NCBI GenBank assembly: GCA_963775555.1
Contig: CAVZJJ010000002.1
Span: 578,889 to 642,888 of the forward strand
DNA from: an uncultured Bacteroidota bacterium
GTDB lineage: Bacteria > Bacteroidota > Bacteroidia > AKYH767-A > 2013-40CM-41-45
Reading direction: 5' to 3'
Length of the DNA stretch: 64,000 bases
The translations under genes were made by a program, and so were the position numbers. Below the pieces are notes generated by a model. The model was not told the DNA's origin, made no database searches, and saw only the letters and a list, made by a program, of their open reading frames with translations. Within the stretch, counting starts at the first letter, position 1. The number at the start of each line of letters is the position of its first letter. Of this stretch, positions 8,423 through 17,378 are shown in pieces.

Positions 8423-10531
8423 ATGAAACGAATATTTTTATTAGCAGGATTCTTGTTTTTCAATTATCATCAAGTAAGTGCAGGAAACCTGGAGAAGGCA
8501 TTTGAGCGATTGCAGCTCTATGATTATTTTAACGCAAAGGAATTGTTTGGAAAGTCGATGAAGAAGGATCCGGTTGCGGCAGCATATGGGATGTCCAGGA
8601 TTCATTCTTCTGAGGATAACCCCTTTTATAACCTCGACTCTGCACGTGTGTATATTCTGTTATGTGATTCTTTGTTTCCCTTGTTAAAGGAAAAGCAGAA
8701 AGAAAAATACCTTGAATTTAAAATTACGCCGGTAGCTATTGAGGAATTGAAAGACAGTATCTGCGCGAAAGCGATGCAAACTGCATCGAACAGTATGTCG
8801 CTGGAAAAACTGAATCACTATCTCGAAAAATTTTCTTTCTGTGCATCACAGGATCAAGTCACGGAACTGAGAAACTCGATAGCTTTTCAGGAAGCACGCA
8901 GTAAAAACACCGCTGTATCCTATAAATATTTTCTCGATACTTATCCGGGAGCGCAAGAACACAAAGATGCACTGAATCGCTATCAGGAAAGAGTTTTTGA
9001 GGAAGAAACACAAAGTCGTCAGCTGGGAGCCTATGAATTATTCATTCGCACTCACCCGGAGAGTCCATACCGGATGGAAGCAGAGCGGATGATCTATGGT
9101 CTTTCCACTTCGAAGGGAAGCATTGCCGAACACAAGGCCTTTATTAATCGTTACCCGGATAATCGTTATGTGCGTGAATCCTGGAGAGAAATTTACAGGA
9201 TAAGTATGGAGAATTATGATGAGCAGACATATTTACGTTTCAAATTTGACTTTCCTGATTATCCGTTTATGGATGAATTGGAGAATGATTATAAATTGCA
9301 GACCTCACTTTTTCTTCCATTCAACAAATCTGAGTTATGGGGATTTGTGAACGAGTTGGGTGAAGAAATGATTGCTCCTACCTATGAGGAAGTGAATTAT
9401 TTTTCGGAAGGACTTTCTGCGGTTTCGAAAGATGGAAAATTCGGATACATCACCAAGAGCGGAAAACTTGTAATCCCATTTATGTGGGATGATGCTGAGG
9501 CTTTTAAAGATAATTGTGCTGTCGTGCTTCGAGAGGATAAATACGGTTTGATAGGGCGCAATGGTGTTTTTATCATTCCTGTTGAGTATGATGAATTATC
9601 TGAACCGGTAGAAGATCTATGCATGGCAATGCAGAACGAAAAGTATGGTTTTATAAATAAGTCGGGCCATGCCCTTACACGCATGGAATTTGACTTTGCC
9701 AGTGATTTTATGAACGGTTTTGCTATCATTGGCATCGATGGTCTCTATGGACTGATTAATTCTCAGGGAGATTTGGTCGTCGAAGCGAAGTACGAGCAAA
9801 TCCAATGGGTTTCACGGGATTTGATGAAGGCCAGCCTGAATGGAAAATGGGGGCTAATCAGCAGGGTTGGGGAAGTTGTTCTTCCTTTTTTGTATGATGC
9901 AATTGGTGAGTTCTATGACAACCGTGCTTTGGTTGCACAAAACGGGAAGTGCGGTTTTATTAATTCAAGGTCAGAAATAATCATTCCTTTGACCTACCGC
10001 TATACCGAAAATTTGCTTTCCACTGCTATCTATAAAAATGGCTACGTATTATTGAAAAATACCAAAGCGAAAAACACTTTGCTTGATACTTTGGGAGTGC
10101 GCATTCAATTTCCGGGATATGAGAATACAGGGATTCCTTCGGAAGGATTTATTCCTGTACAAAAGAACCGCAAGTGGGGTTATGTTGATTATAGCGGTAG
10201 ACAAAAAATAAGTTGCACGTACCAGGAAGTAAATCCATTTTTAAATTCTTTTGCGATTGCCCGTTTCGGTAATCTTTTTGGTCTCATTGACACTTCAGGC
10301 ACCTGGATTGCTGAGCCCATTTATGAGGAAATCAGCAGAAGCGGAACTTACTTTATTACACGATTGCACGGTATGTTTGGACTTCTTTCTCAAAAAGGCG
10401 TTCTGCTTGCACCCTGTGAATACGATCGAGTGGAAATTATTTTTGACCGTGTCGCTATGCTGCAAAGTGAGGATTCGCGCAGCTATATTTCGCTATTAAC
10501 TGGTGCGATCATCTGGAGCGGATTAGAATAA
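8423..10531 (+). CDS. WG-repeat (KWG-type) protein with a TPR-like N-terminal region, secreted
   Basis: 702-aa ORF with a signal peptide. More than 10 repeats of the pattern (K/W)(W/Y/F)G(L/F/Y)I(N/D)..G..(V/I)IP..YD are present, for example KFGYITKSGKLVIPFMWD, KYGLIGRNGVFIIPVEYD and KWGYVDYSGRQKISCTY. Confidence 0.8.
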   Translation: MKRIFLLAGFLFFNYHQVSAGNLEKAFERLQLYDYFNAKELFGKSMKKDPVAAAYGMSRIHSSEDNPFYNLDSARVYILLCDSLFPLLKEKQKEKYLEFKITPVAIEELKDSICAKAMQTASNSMSLEKLNHYLEKFSFCASQDQVTELRNSIAFQEARSKNTAVSYKYFLDTYPGAQEHKDALNRYQERVFEEETQSRQLGAYELFIRTHPESPYRMEAERMIYGLSTSKGSIAEHKAFINRYPDNRYVRESWREIYRISMENYDEQTYLRFKFDFPDYPFMDELENDYKLQTSLFLPFNKSELWGFVNELGEEMIAPTYEEVNYFSEGLSAVSKDGKFGYITKSGKLVIPFMWDDAEAFKDNCAVVLREDKYGLIGRNGVFIIPVEYDELSEPVEDLCMAMQNEKYGFINKSGHALTRMEFDFASDFMNGFAIIGIDGLYGLINSQGDLVVEAKYEQIQWVSRDLMKASLNGKWGLISRVGEVVLPFLYDAIGEFYDNRALVAQNGKCGFINSRSEIIIPLTYRYTENLLSTAIYKNGYVLLKNTKAKNTLLDTLGVRIQFPGYENTGIPSEGFIPVQKNRKWGYVDYSGRQKISCTYQEVNPFLNSFAIARFGNLFGLIDTSGTWIAEPIYEEISRSGTYFITRLHGMFGLLSQKGVLLAPCEYDRVEIIFDRVAMLQSEDSRSYISLLTGAIIWSGLE

Positions 10532-10689
10532 TACAAATATTTTACTGAGGAAGACATTTTTTCAAGGAAGAAAGCCGGAGGACTTGCATTAAGCTCTTAA
10601 GAAAGAGATTCCTCTCAGGTTGCAGAATGTAACAGGCCCGTCTTCATTGAATTTTGGTAAATTGCATTCCTTATATTAACTAACAAAAG

Positions 10690-13521
10690 ATGGCTTCTGA
10701 TAAAAAACTATTCCTTCTGGATGCGATGGCATTAATTTACCGGGCCTATTTCGCTTTCAGCAATAATCACCGGATCAATTCCAAGGGACAGAATACCTCC
10801 GCGGTATTTGGATTTACGAATACATTGCTGGAAGTGTTGCGGAAGGAACAGCCATCACATATTGCGGTTGTTTTTGATACAATGGCACCAACATCCCGCC
10901 ATGAAGAGTTTACTGATTACAAAGCCAATCGACAGGAGATTCCGGAAGACCTGGCCGCATCAATTCCTGTGGTTGTGAAATTGTGTGAAGCATTTCGTAT
11001 TCCGGTTCTGGCAATGGATGGCTATGAAGCCGATGATGTGATAGGAACTCTTGCCATTGAAGCAGAGAAAAAAGGTTTTGACACCTACATGATGACTCCT
11101 GATAAGGATTTCGGACAATTGGTTGATGAACATACTTTCATCTATAAGCCGGCAAGAAGTGGTTCCGGTGCGGAGGTTCTTGGTGTAAAAGAAATTTGTG
11201 CACGCTGGGAGATTACAAATGTGGATCAGGTGAAGGATATTCTGGGATTAATGGGAGACAGTGTCGATAATATTCCGGGAATACCGGGTGTAGGAGAGAA
11301 GACGGCGATTTCATTAATCAAACAATTTGGTTCCATCGAAAACCTGCTTGAACATACTGATCAGCTAAAGGGAAAGCTTAAAGAAAAAGTCGAAGCAAAT
11401 AAAGAGAAAGCCATTCAATCTAAATGGCTGGCTACAATTATTACTGATGTACCTGTTTCTCTGGATCTGGAAGAACTAAAAACACAAGAAGCTGACAGGC
11501 AAGCATTGCAGGAACTTTTTTCGGAACTTGAATTCCGGCGCCTCGCTGAACAATTAAATCTAGGAACTATTGAAAAAAAACCCGAGCTGAAGCGTACGGA
11601 GAAATCAAAGAAAATTATTTCTTCTCAGGCCACCTTGTTTGGTACTGATGGTGATGATGAAGAACAGAGTTTTGAAGAAGAACCGGAATCTCCTCCTGTT
11701 ACTGCTTTGAATTCTATAACAGAGGTGGCACATCGTTATGAATTAGTTGATACTGCAGAGAAGCGCATCAAACTTATACGCTTTCTTTCAGGACAGAAAA
11801 TTTTCAGCTTCGATACTGAAACCACCGGATTGGATGCTCATACAGCGGAGCTTGTTGGCCTGTCATTTTCAGCGGGGGAACATGAGGCATATTATGTTCC
11901 GGTTCCGGCAGATCAGAAAGAAGCGGGAAAACTAGCGGCTGAGTTTAAAGAGGTTTTTTCTCGGGAAGACATAATTAAAATCGCGCAGAACCTGAAATAT
12001 GATTTTTCTGTTTTACGGAGATATGGAATTGAATTCAAGGGGGTACTTTTTGATACGATGATTTCTCATTTTCTCATACGTCCGGAGATGCGTCATTCCA
12101 TGAATGTCCTGGCAGAAACCTATTTGAACTATTCGCCCGTTTCGATTGAAAGTCTAATTGGCAAACGCGGCAAGGATCAACTGAACATGCGTGATGTGCC
12201 TGTTGAAATTATCAAGGAGTACGCAGCGGAAGACGCGGATGTGACCTTTCAACTTTATAAAGTTTTCGAACCCAAATTGAAAAATTCAGGAACAGAAAAA
12301 TTATTTTATGAAGTTGAAATGCCATTGGTCCCTGTGCTTTCCGCCATGGAGTCGGAAGGAATAAACCTTGATAAAAACGCTTTGAGTATTTTATCCAAAG
12401 AACTCACGGAAGATATCAACCGGGCGGATCGGGAGATTCAGGATCTTGCCGGTGAACCATTTAATATTTCATCTCCGAAACAGGTGGGAGAGATATTATT
12501 TAACAAATTAAAGATTACCGATAAACCATCGAAAACGAAGACAGGACAATTTTCCACCGGGGAAGATGTGCTGAGCAAACTTGAAAATAAGCATCCCATT
12601 GTAAGACGAATTCTGGACTACCGCGAGTTGGTAAAATTAAAGAACACCTATGTTGATGTGTTACCAACTCTTGTCAATCCTCAGACAGGACGAATCCATA
12701 CTACCTTTAATCAGATAGTAGCAGTTACGGGACGATTGAGTTCTGACAATCCGAATTTGCAGAACATCCCGATACGTACGGAAAGGGGACGCGAAATCCG
12801 AAAAGCATTTGTACCTCGAAGTGAAGATTTCCTACTGCTCTCTGCGGATTATTCGCAAATTGAATTGCGGGTAATTGCGGAGCTCAGCCAGGACAAGGGG
12901 ATGCTGGATGCATTCATCAGTGGCGAAGACATTCACGCGGCTACCGCAGCGAAAGTCTATGGTGTATCCATAAAGGACGTAAATTCCGATATGCGACGTA
13001 ATGCGAAGATGGTCAACTTCGGAATCATTTATGGAATTTCCGCTTTCGGACTCGCCGATCGATTGAATATTTCCCGAACGGAGGCCAAAGAAATCATTGA
13101 TAATTATTTTATTCAATATCCGGGCATCAAAGACTATATGGATCTCAGCATTGAAAAGGCAAAGAAGAAGGGATTTGTAGAAACGATCATGGGCAGGCGC
13201 CGTTATCTTCGTGATATAAATTCGGCGAATGCTACAGTAAGAGGATTTGCGGAGCGGAATGCCATTAATGCCCCTATACAGGGAAGCGCTGCCGATATGA
13301 TTAAGATTGCGATGATCCGCATTGCGGATGAAATGGAGAAAAGAAAAATGAAATCAAAGATGCTTTTGCAGGTGCATGATGAATTGGTTTTTGACGCGCA
13401 TAAATCCGAGTTGGAGGATTTAAAAGTGCTCGTTGAAGACAAAATGAAAAATGCGATTCCTTTAAAAGTACCGGTAGAGGTCGGTATTGGGTCAGGAAAG
13501 AACTGGCTGGAGGCGCACTAA
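10690..13521 (+). CDS. polA: DNA polymerase I
   Basis: 943-aa ORF. It has a 5'-nuclease N-terminus (LFLLDAMALIYRAYFA), a 3'-5' exo domain (FSFDTETTGLD), polymerase motif A (LLSADYSQIELRV), motif B (RRNAKMVNFGIIYG) and motif C (QVHDELVF). Confidence 0.97.
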   Translation: MASDKKLFLLDAMALIYRAYFAFSNNHRINSKGQNTSAVFGFTNTLLEVLRKEQPSHIAVVFDTMAPTSRHEEFTDYKANRQEIPEDLAASIPVVVKLCEAFRIPVLAMDGYEADDVIGTLAIEAEKKGFDTYMMTPDKDFGQLVDEHTFIYKPARSGSGAEVLGVKEICARWEITNVDQVKDILGLMGDSVDNIPGIPGVGEKTAISLIKQFGSIENLLEHTDQLKGKLKEKVEANKEKAIQSKWLATIITDVPVSLDLEELKTQEADRQALQELFSELEFRRLAEQLNLGTIEKKPELKRTEKSKKIISSQATLFGTDGDDEEQSFEEEPESPPVTALNSITEVAHRYELVDTAEKRIKLIRFLSGQKIFSFDTETTGLDAHTAELVGLSFSAGEHEAYYVPVPADQKEAGKLAAEFKEVFSREDIIKIAQNLKYDFSVLRRYGIEFKGVLFDTMISHFLIRPEMRHSMNVLAETYLNYSPVSIESLIGKRGKDQLNMRDVPVEIIKEYAAEDADVTFQLYKVFEPKLKNSGTEKLFYEVEMPLVPVLSAMESEGINLDKNALSILSKELTEDINRADREIQDLAGEPFNISSPKQVGEILFNKLKITDKPSKTKTGQFSTGEDVLSKLENKHPIVRRILDYRELVKLKNTYVDVLPTLVNPQTGRIHTTFNQIVAVTGRLSSDNPNLQNIPIRTERGREIRKAFVPRSEDFLLLSADYSQIELRVIAELSQDKGMLDAFISGEDIHAATAAKVYGVSIKDVNSDMRRNAKMVNFGIIYGISAFGLADRLNISRTEAKEIIDNYFIQYPGIKDYMDLSIEKAKKKGFVETIMGRRRYLRDINSANATVRGFAERNAINAPIQGSAADMIKIAMIRIADEMEKRKMKSKMLLQVHDELVFDAHKSELEDLKVLVEDKMKNAIPLKVPVEVGIGSGKNWLEAH

Positions 13522-13969
13522 TCTTCACCTATTCCTCATTAGGGGCTTGCTTTTCTTAACTATTTTAGACTTTAATTCTATATTTGAAAGTATTAGGCTC
13601 CTCAAATGGTAAGTTAATTTATTCAATAAAAAAGCAGCATTTATTAAAGAAATTAAATCCTACTGTATTATCGAAGAGAGGATTTGTTATTTTCGAGGCC
13701 CTCTTGTTACTATAGAACACAATTGAATGAAAGTCTTCAGTGAGAATTGCATCGAACAAACAGGACCCTGCTAAAAGTATTAATAAGAAACTGAAGATCT
13801 AATTCCCTGCAGCATAGCCACGATAGAGGAGGTTTTGCAGGATTTCCACCCCGACGAATTTGGTATTACTTCTAAATTGGCCCTTTCAAAAAGGTTGTCA
13901 TAATAATTATTACCCGATAAAATTATTTATCCATAACAATTCATCCATCACCTCCAACCCTACGCCATT

Positions 13970-16210
13970 ATGCGTCCAATCATCAACAATCTTAAATTCA
14001 TGAAAAAGCTAATGCTTCTTGTAAGCGGATTATTTTTCGTTTTAGTAGTTAATGCCGATAATGCCATCCAGAGAAACTGTGGCACGATGGATAACCTTGA
14101 CCGCTTGATGAGAGAGGATCCGGGGATGGAAAGCAGGATGCAGCAAATCGAAAGTTTTACTAATGCGTACCTGCTGAATAAGAATAATCAAAACACTACA
14201 AATTCCGTGATTACCATTCCTGTGGTATTTCATATCGTTTACAGTTCAACCGCACAAAATATTAGCGATGCAAAATGTCAGGCCCAGATCAATCAGTTGA
14301 ATTTGGACTTTGCAAGAATGAATTCTGATGCAGGGAGCACGCCTTCTGTATGGCAGGGAATTGCTGCAAATACTAACATTCAATTCTGTCTTGCCCAGCG
14401 AGATCCTAATGGCAATGCCACAACAGGAATCGAGCGTCGTCAGACCACAACAAGTTCCTTTTCTACAAATGATAATATCAAACGATATGCTAACGGGGGT
14501 TTGGATGCATGGTCGTCCTCAAACTATTTGAATATCTGGTCCGGAAATCTGAGTGGAGGAGTTTTAGGTTATGCCCAGTTTCCCGGGGGGGCCGCATCAA
14601 CTGATGGTGTTGTATTGCTTTACTCGTCCATTGGCAGTATGGCAAGCCCTGGAACTGCAACGCCATACCACCTTGGTCGTACAGCTACTCATGAAGTCGG
14701 CCATTGGGTAAATCTTCGGCACATCTGGGGTGATGAATCCGGTTGTACGGGAAGTGATCTCGTAGGTGATACACCCAACCAGGGAGCCGAGAATTATGGT
14801 TGCCCTGCTTATCCTAAAACTGATGCCTGTTCAGCCACTTCGCCTGGTGTGATGTTCATGAATTATATGGATTATACTGACGATGGCTGTATGAACATGT
14901 TTACTGCCGGACAAAGTACCAGGATGAATGCACTTTTTGCTTCGGGAGGTGCACGTGTTTCTTTGCTCAGCTCTCTTGGTTGTCAGGCCCCGTCGGGAGC
15001 AACATGCGGAATCCCTGCCGGTCTTATATCTTCCGGAATCACAACGAGTGCTGCTTCTTTAAGTTGGACGGCAGTTAGCGGTGCTACCGGTTATAATGTT
15101 CAATACAAGACAAGTTCAGCCATAAGCTGGACGGTTGTAAGCGTTTTGAGCCCGACACTAAATCTTACCACACTCAGCAGTGCTACGGCATATCAATGGC
15201 AGGTGCAGGCCATCTGTGGAGCGGGGAAAAGTAATTATTCAACGCTTGCTTCCTTCAGCACCCTTTCCGTGGCAGGTTGTTCCACACCGTCTGGTTTGAG
15301 TACAACAGGAATAACAACAACCGGCGTCACTTTGAATTGGACGGCTGTGAGTGGAGCGAGCAGTTACAGTATCCAATACAAGACGAGTGCAGCATCAACA
15401 TGGACACTTACTACTTCAGCAACAAATTCAAAAGTACTGACCGGACTGGTTTCTGCTACCGTGTATCAATTTCAGGTTTTGGCAACCTGTAGCTCAGGCA
15501 ACAGCGCTTATTCAGCCGTAGCTTCATTTACCACTGCAGCAGCAGGTTGCACTGATAACTACGAAACCAATAATACCTCTTCTACAGCGAAAATAATTCC
15601 AGTCAACACTGATATTTCTGCATTAATAGGGAGCAGCAGTGATCTGGATTGGTTTAAATTTACAACGGTTTCGCCGAACACCAAGATTAAAATTACACTC
15701 ACTAATCTGCCGGGCGATTATGATGTCAGATTGTATAATTCATCTTTAACGCAGCTTGGCATTTCTCAAAATGGCGGCACAACGAGTGAAACAATCATCC
15801 GGAATACGACAACAGCAGCCACTTATTATATCAGAGTATATGGTTATGGTGGCGCATTTAGTGCAACACAATGTTATGCGTTACGTGTCAGTGTATCGGG
15901 AACAAATTTCCGTTCAGCCCTGGAGTCTGATGAATTTGAAATGACTGTTCCTGTGGTTAATGGCTTCGATGTTTACCCGAACCCAGTAAGGGATCAGATA
16001 AACGGAGTATTCAATTCATCTGTAAACGAAACAGTGAGCTTACGTGTATTTGACATGATGGGTAAAACGGTTCGCACCATGTCTCTTGATGCTACGGAAG
16101 GACTGAATAAATTCAATATTGAATTGGGAGATTTGATTCACGGAGTGTACTTCATTGAAATGAGCAGCTCCACAGAGAGAAAGGTGAAAAAAATCTTATT
16201 AGAAAATTGA
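13970..16210 (+). CDS. M43 (pappalysin/cytophagalysin-like) zinc metalloprotease with two FN3 domains, a PPC-like domain and a T9SS sorting domain
   Basis: 746-aa ORF; the more likely start is Met11 at 14000 (MKKLMLLVSGLFF). The HEVGHWVNLRHIWGD zinc site with downstream FMNYMDY (Met-turn region) is typical of M43B. There are two 91-aa FN3-like repeats. The C-terminus reads VYPNPVRDQI...GVYFIEM. Confidence 0.85.
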   Translation: MRPIINNLKFMKKLMLLVSGLFFVLVVNADNAIQRNCGTMDNLDRLMREDPGMESRMQQIESFTNAYLLNKNNQNTTNSVITIPVVFHIVYSSTAQNISDAKCQAQINQLNLDFARMNSDAGSTPSVWQGIAANTNIQFCLAQRDPNGNATTGIERRQTTTSSFSTNDNIKRYANGGLDAWSSSNYLNIWSGNLSGGVLGYAQFPGGAASTDGVVLLYSSIGSMASPGTATPYHLGRTATHEVGHWVNLRHIWGDESGCTGSDLVGDTPNQGAENYGCPAYPKTDACSATSPGVMFMNYMDYTDDGCMNMFTAGQSTRMNALFASGGARVSLLSSLGCQAPSGATCGIPAGLISSGITTSAASLSWTAVSGATGYNVQYKTSSAISWTVVSVLSPTLNLTTLSSATAYQWQVQAICGAGKSNYSTLASFSTLSVAGCSTPSGLSTTGITTTGVTLNWTAVSGASSYSIQYKTSAASTWTLTTSATNSKVLTGLVSATVYQFQVLATCSSGNSAYSAVASFTTAAAGCTDNYETNNTSSTAKIIPVNTDISALIGSSSDLDWFKFTTVSPNTKIKITLTNLPGDYDVRLYNSSLTQLGISQNGGTTSETIIRNTTTAATYYIRVYGYGGAFSATQCYALRVSVSGTNFRSALESDEFEMTVPVVNGFDVYPNPVRDQINGVFNSSVNETVSLRVFDMMGKTVRTMSLDATEGLNKFNIELGDLIHGVYFIEMSSSTERKVKKILLEN
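15005..15547 (+). repeat. Two tandem 273-nt FN3-like coding repeats
   Basis: The units are CGIPAGLISSGITTSAASLSWTAVSGATGYNVQYKTS... and CSTPSGLSTTGITTTGVTLNWTAVSGASSYSIQYKTS... Each ends in ...ASF(S/T)T. Confidence 0.75.
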
Positions 16211-16227
16211 TAGTACTATAGTAAAAG

Positions 16228-16264
16228 AAAAGCCGCTTATATCCTTTAGGATTGAGCGGCTTTT
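16228..16264. terminator. Bidirectional rho-independent terminator candidate between convergent genes
   Basis: A 10-bp stem, AAAAGCCGCT (16228-16237) / AGCGGCTTTT (16255-16264), with a 17-nt loop. A/T runs on both flanks give a U-tract on either strand. It sits between the + strand M43 gene (end 16210) and the - strand OMP gene (end 16440). Confidence 0.55.
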
Positions 16265-16439
16265 CTTATTGATTAATTTGTTCCTGAAGGAAGGGCGAAT
16301 AGATAATTTGTATGAGAGGAATCTCAGAGAAAAAGACGAATGGACTTTATCTTCGTCAGAGCAAAGTGAATAATTATTTCTTTCTTTCTTCAAGTACTGA
16401 TTGATACCCAAAGATAAAATATCAGATCAGGTCGATGTT

Positions 16440-17156
16440 TTAAAAAGCAACCTTGAACTTCACACCTACACGTAAGACAGGGCGGAGATAAAAACTTTGA
16501 TCATCACCATAATTGGGAACGTAGATGGCTGTACTGTCGCAGATATCCTGTTTTAACAGATCAGAACGTAGGGAGAGCGTTCCTCTTAGACCGACGCCAT
16601 AAAACATTTCAAGTGATGTGGTGGGATTGAACTCATACACTTTTCCCCATAAAAATTCGAAGCCAAATTTATCTCTGAACCGATGCTGATACAGACATTC
16701 GTTGTATTTAACTCCGGTCTTTTCATCTTTTAATTCGTTCTCAAACCACTGGTTATTGAAATAGAGATATTTGTAAACAAGGGCCGGGGCGATATAATCT
16801 CTCCACTTTGAATCTTCCACTCTCCGCTTGTATAGCTTATATGCTACTCTTGCGCTAAATCCATGCTCAGAGAAATAATGGCTATTGGTCCATTCTTTTG
16901 AAAAGTCTTCGAGGTATTCATTCACGTAAACCAAACCAAGGGAAACTTCCAGACTTCTACGGTCGGAGAAAAAGTGTTCGTAGCCTAAATTAAGTTCGTT
17001 GGTTGCAGCAAGGGTGACATCGACGTTAAGCGCATTTTTCTTGTATTCAGGCACTTCCTGCGCAAATACAACAAAATGGGCAAAAAAGAAGGAAAATAAA
17101 GTAAGGAGATATCTGTAAAATGACATTTTATGGAAATGAACCCGGCAAATCTTCAA
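16440..17156 (-). CDS. Putative outer-membrane beta-barrel protein
   Basis: 238-aa ORF; the likely start is Met11 at 17126 (MSFYRYLLTLFSFFFAHFVVFAQ signal peptide). It has alternating amphipathic beta-strand-like segments, and the C-terminal ...RVGVKFKVAF ends in an aromatic residue, as in OMP beta-signals. Confidence 0.55.
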   Translation of the reverse strand: MKICRVHFHKMSFYRYLLTLFSFFFAHFVVFAQEVPEYKKNALNVDVTLAATNELNLGYEHFFSDRRSLEVSLGLVYVNEYLEDFSKEWTNSHYFSEHGFSARVAYKLYKRRVEDSKWRDYIAPALVYKYLYFNNQWFENELKDEKTGVKYNECLYQHRFRDKFGFEFLWGKVYEFNPTTSLEMFYGVGLRGTLSLRSDLLKQDICDSTAIYVPNYGDDQSFYLRPVLRVGVKFKVAF

Positions 17157-17338
17157 AAAAAATTGGATATGCCCTATTATTTATTCGATTATTTCAAAAA
17201 TACGAATGTATAAAATTAATGTTGCAGTTTTATTGCATGGCAGAGCTACTTGTAAGCAGAATTATTAAAACCCCAATTTCGGAAAAACCATTCGAATTGG
17301 ACCTTCTAAATTGAATGTGGAAGCAACTCATAAAAAAA

Positions 17339-17360
17339 GCCCCCGGCGATAACCGGGGGC
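17339..17360 (-). terminator. Rho-independent terminator of the downstream M43 protease gene
   Basis: GC-rich 8-bp stem GCCCCCGG / CCGGGGGC with a 6-nt loop. On the minus strand it is followed by TTTTTTTA (plus strand 17332-17338 is A-rich). It lies 19 nt after the stop at 17379. Confidence 0.8.
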
Positions 17361-17378
17361 TTTTCCTGGTCGGAATGA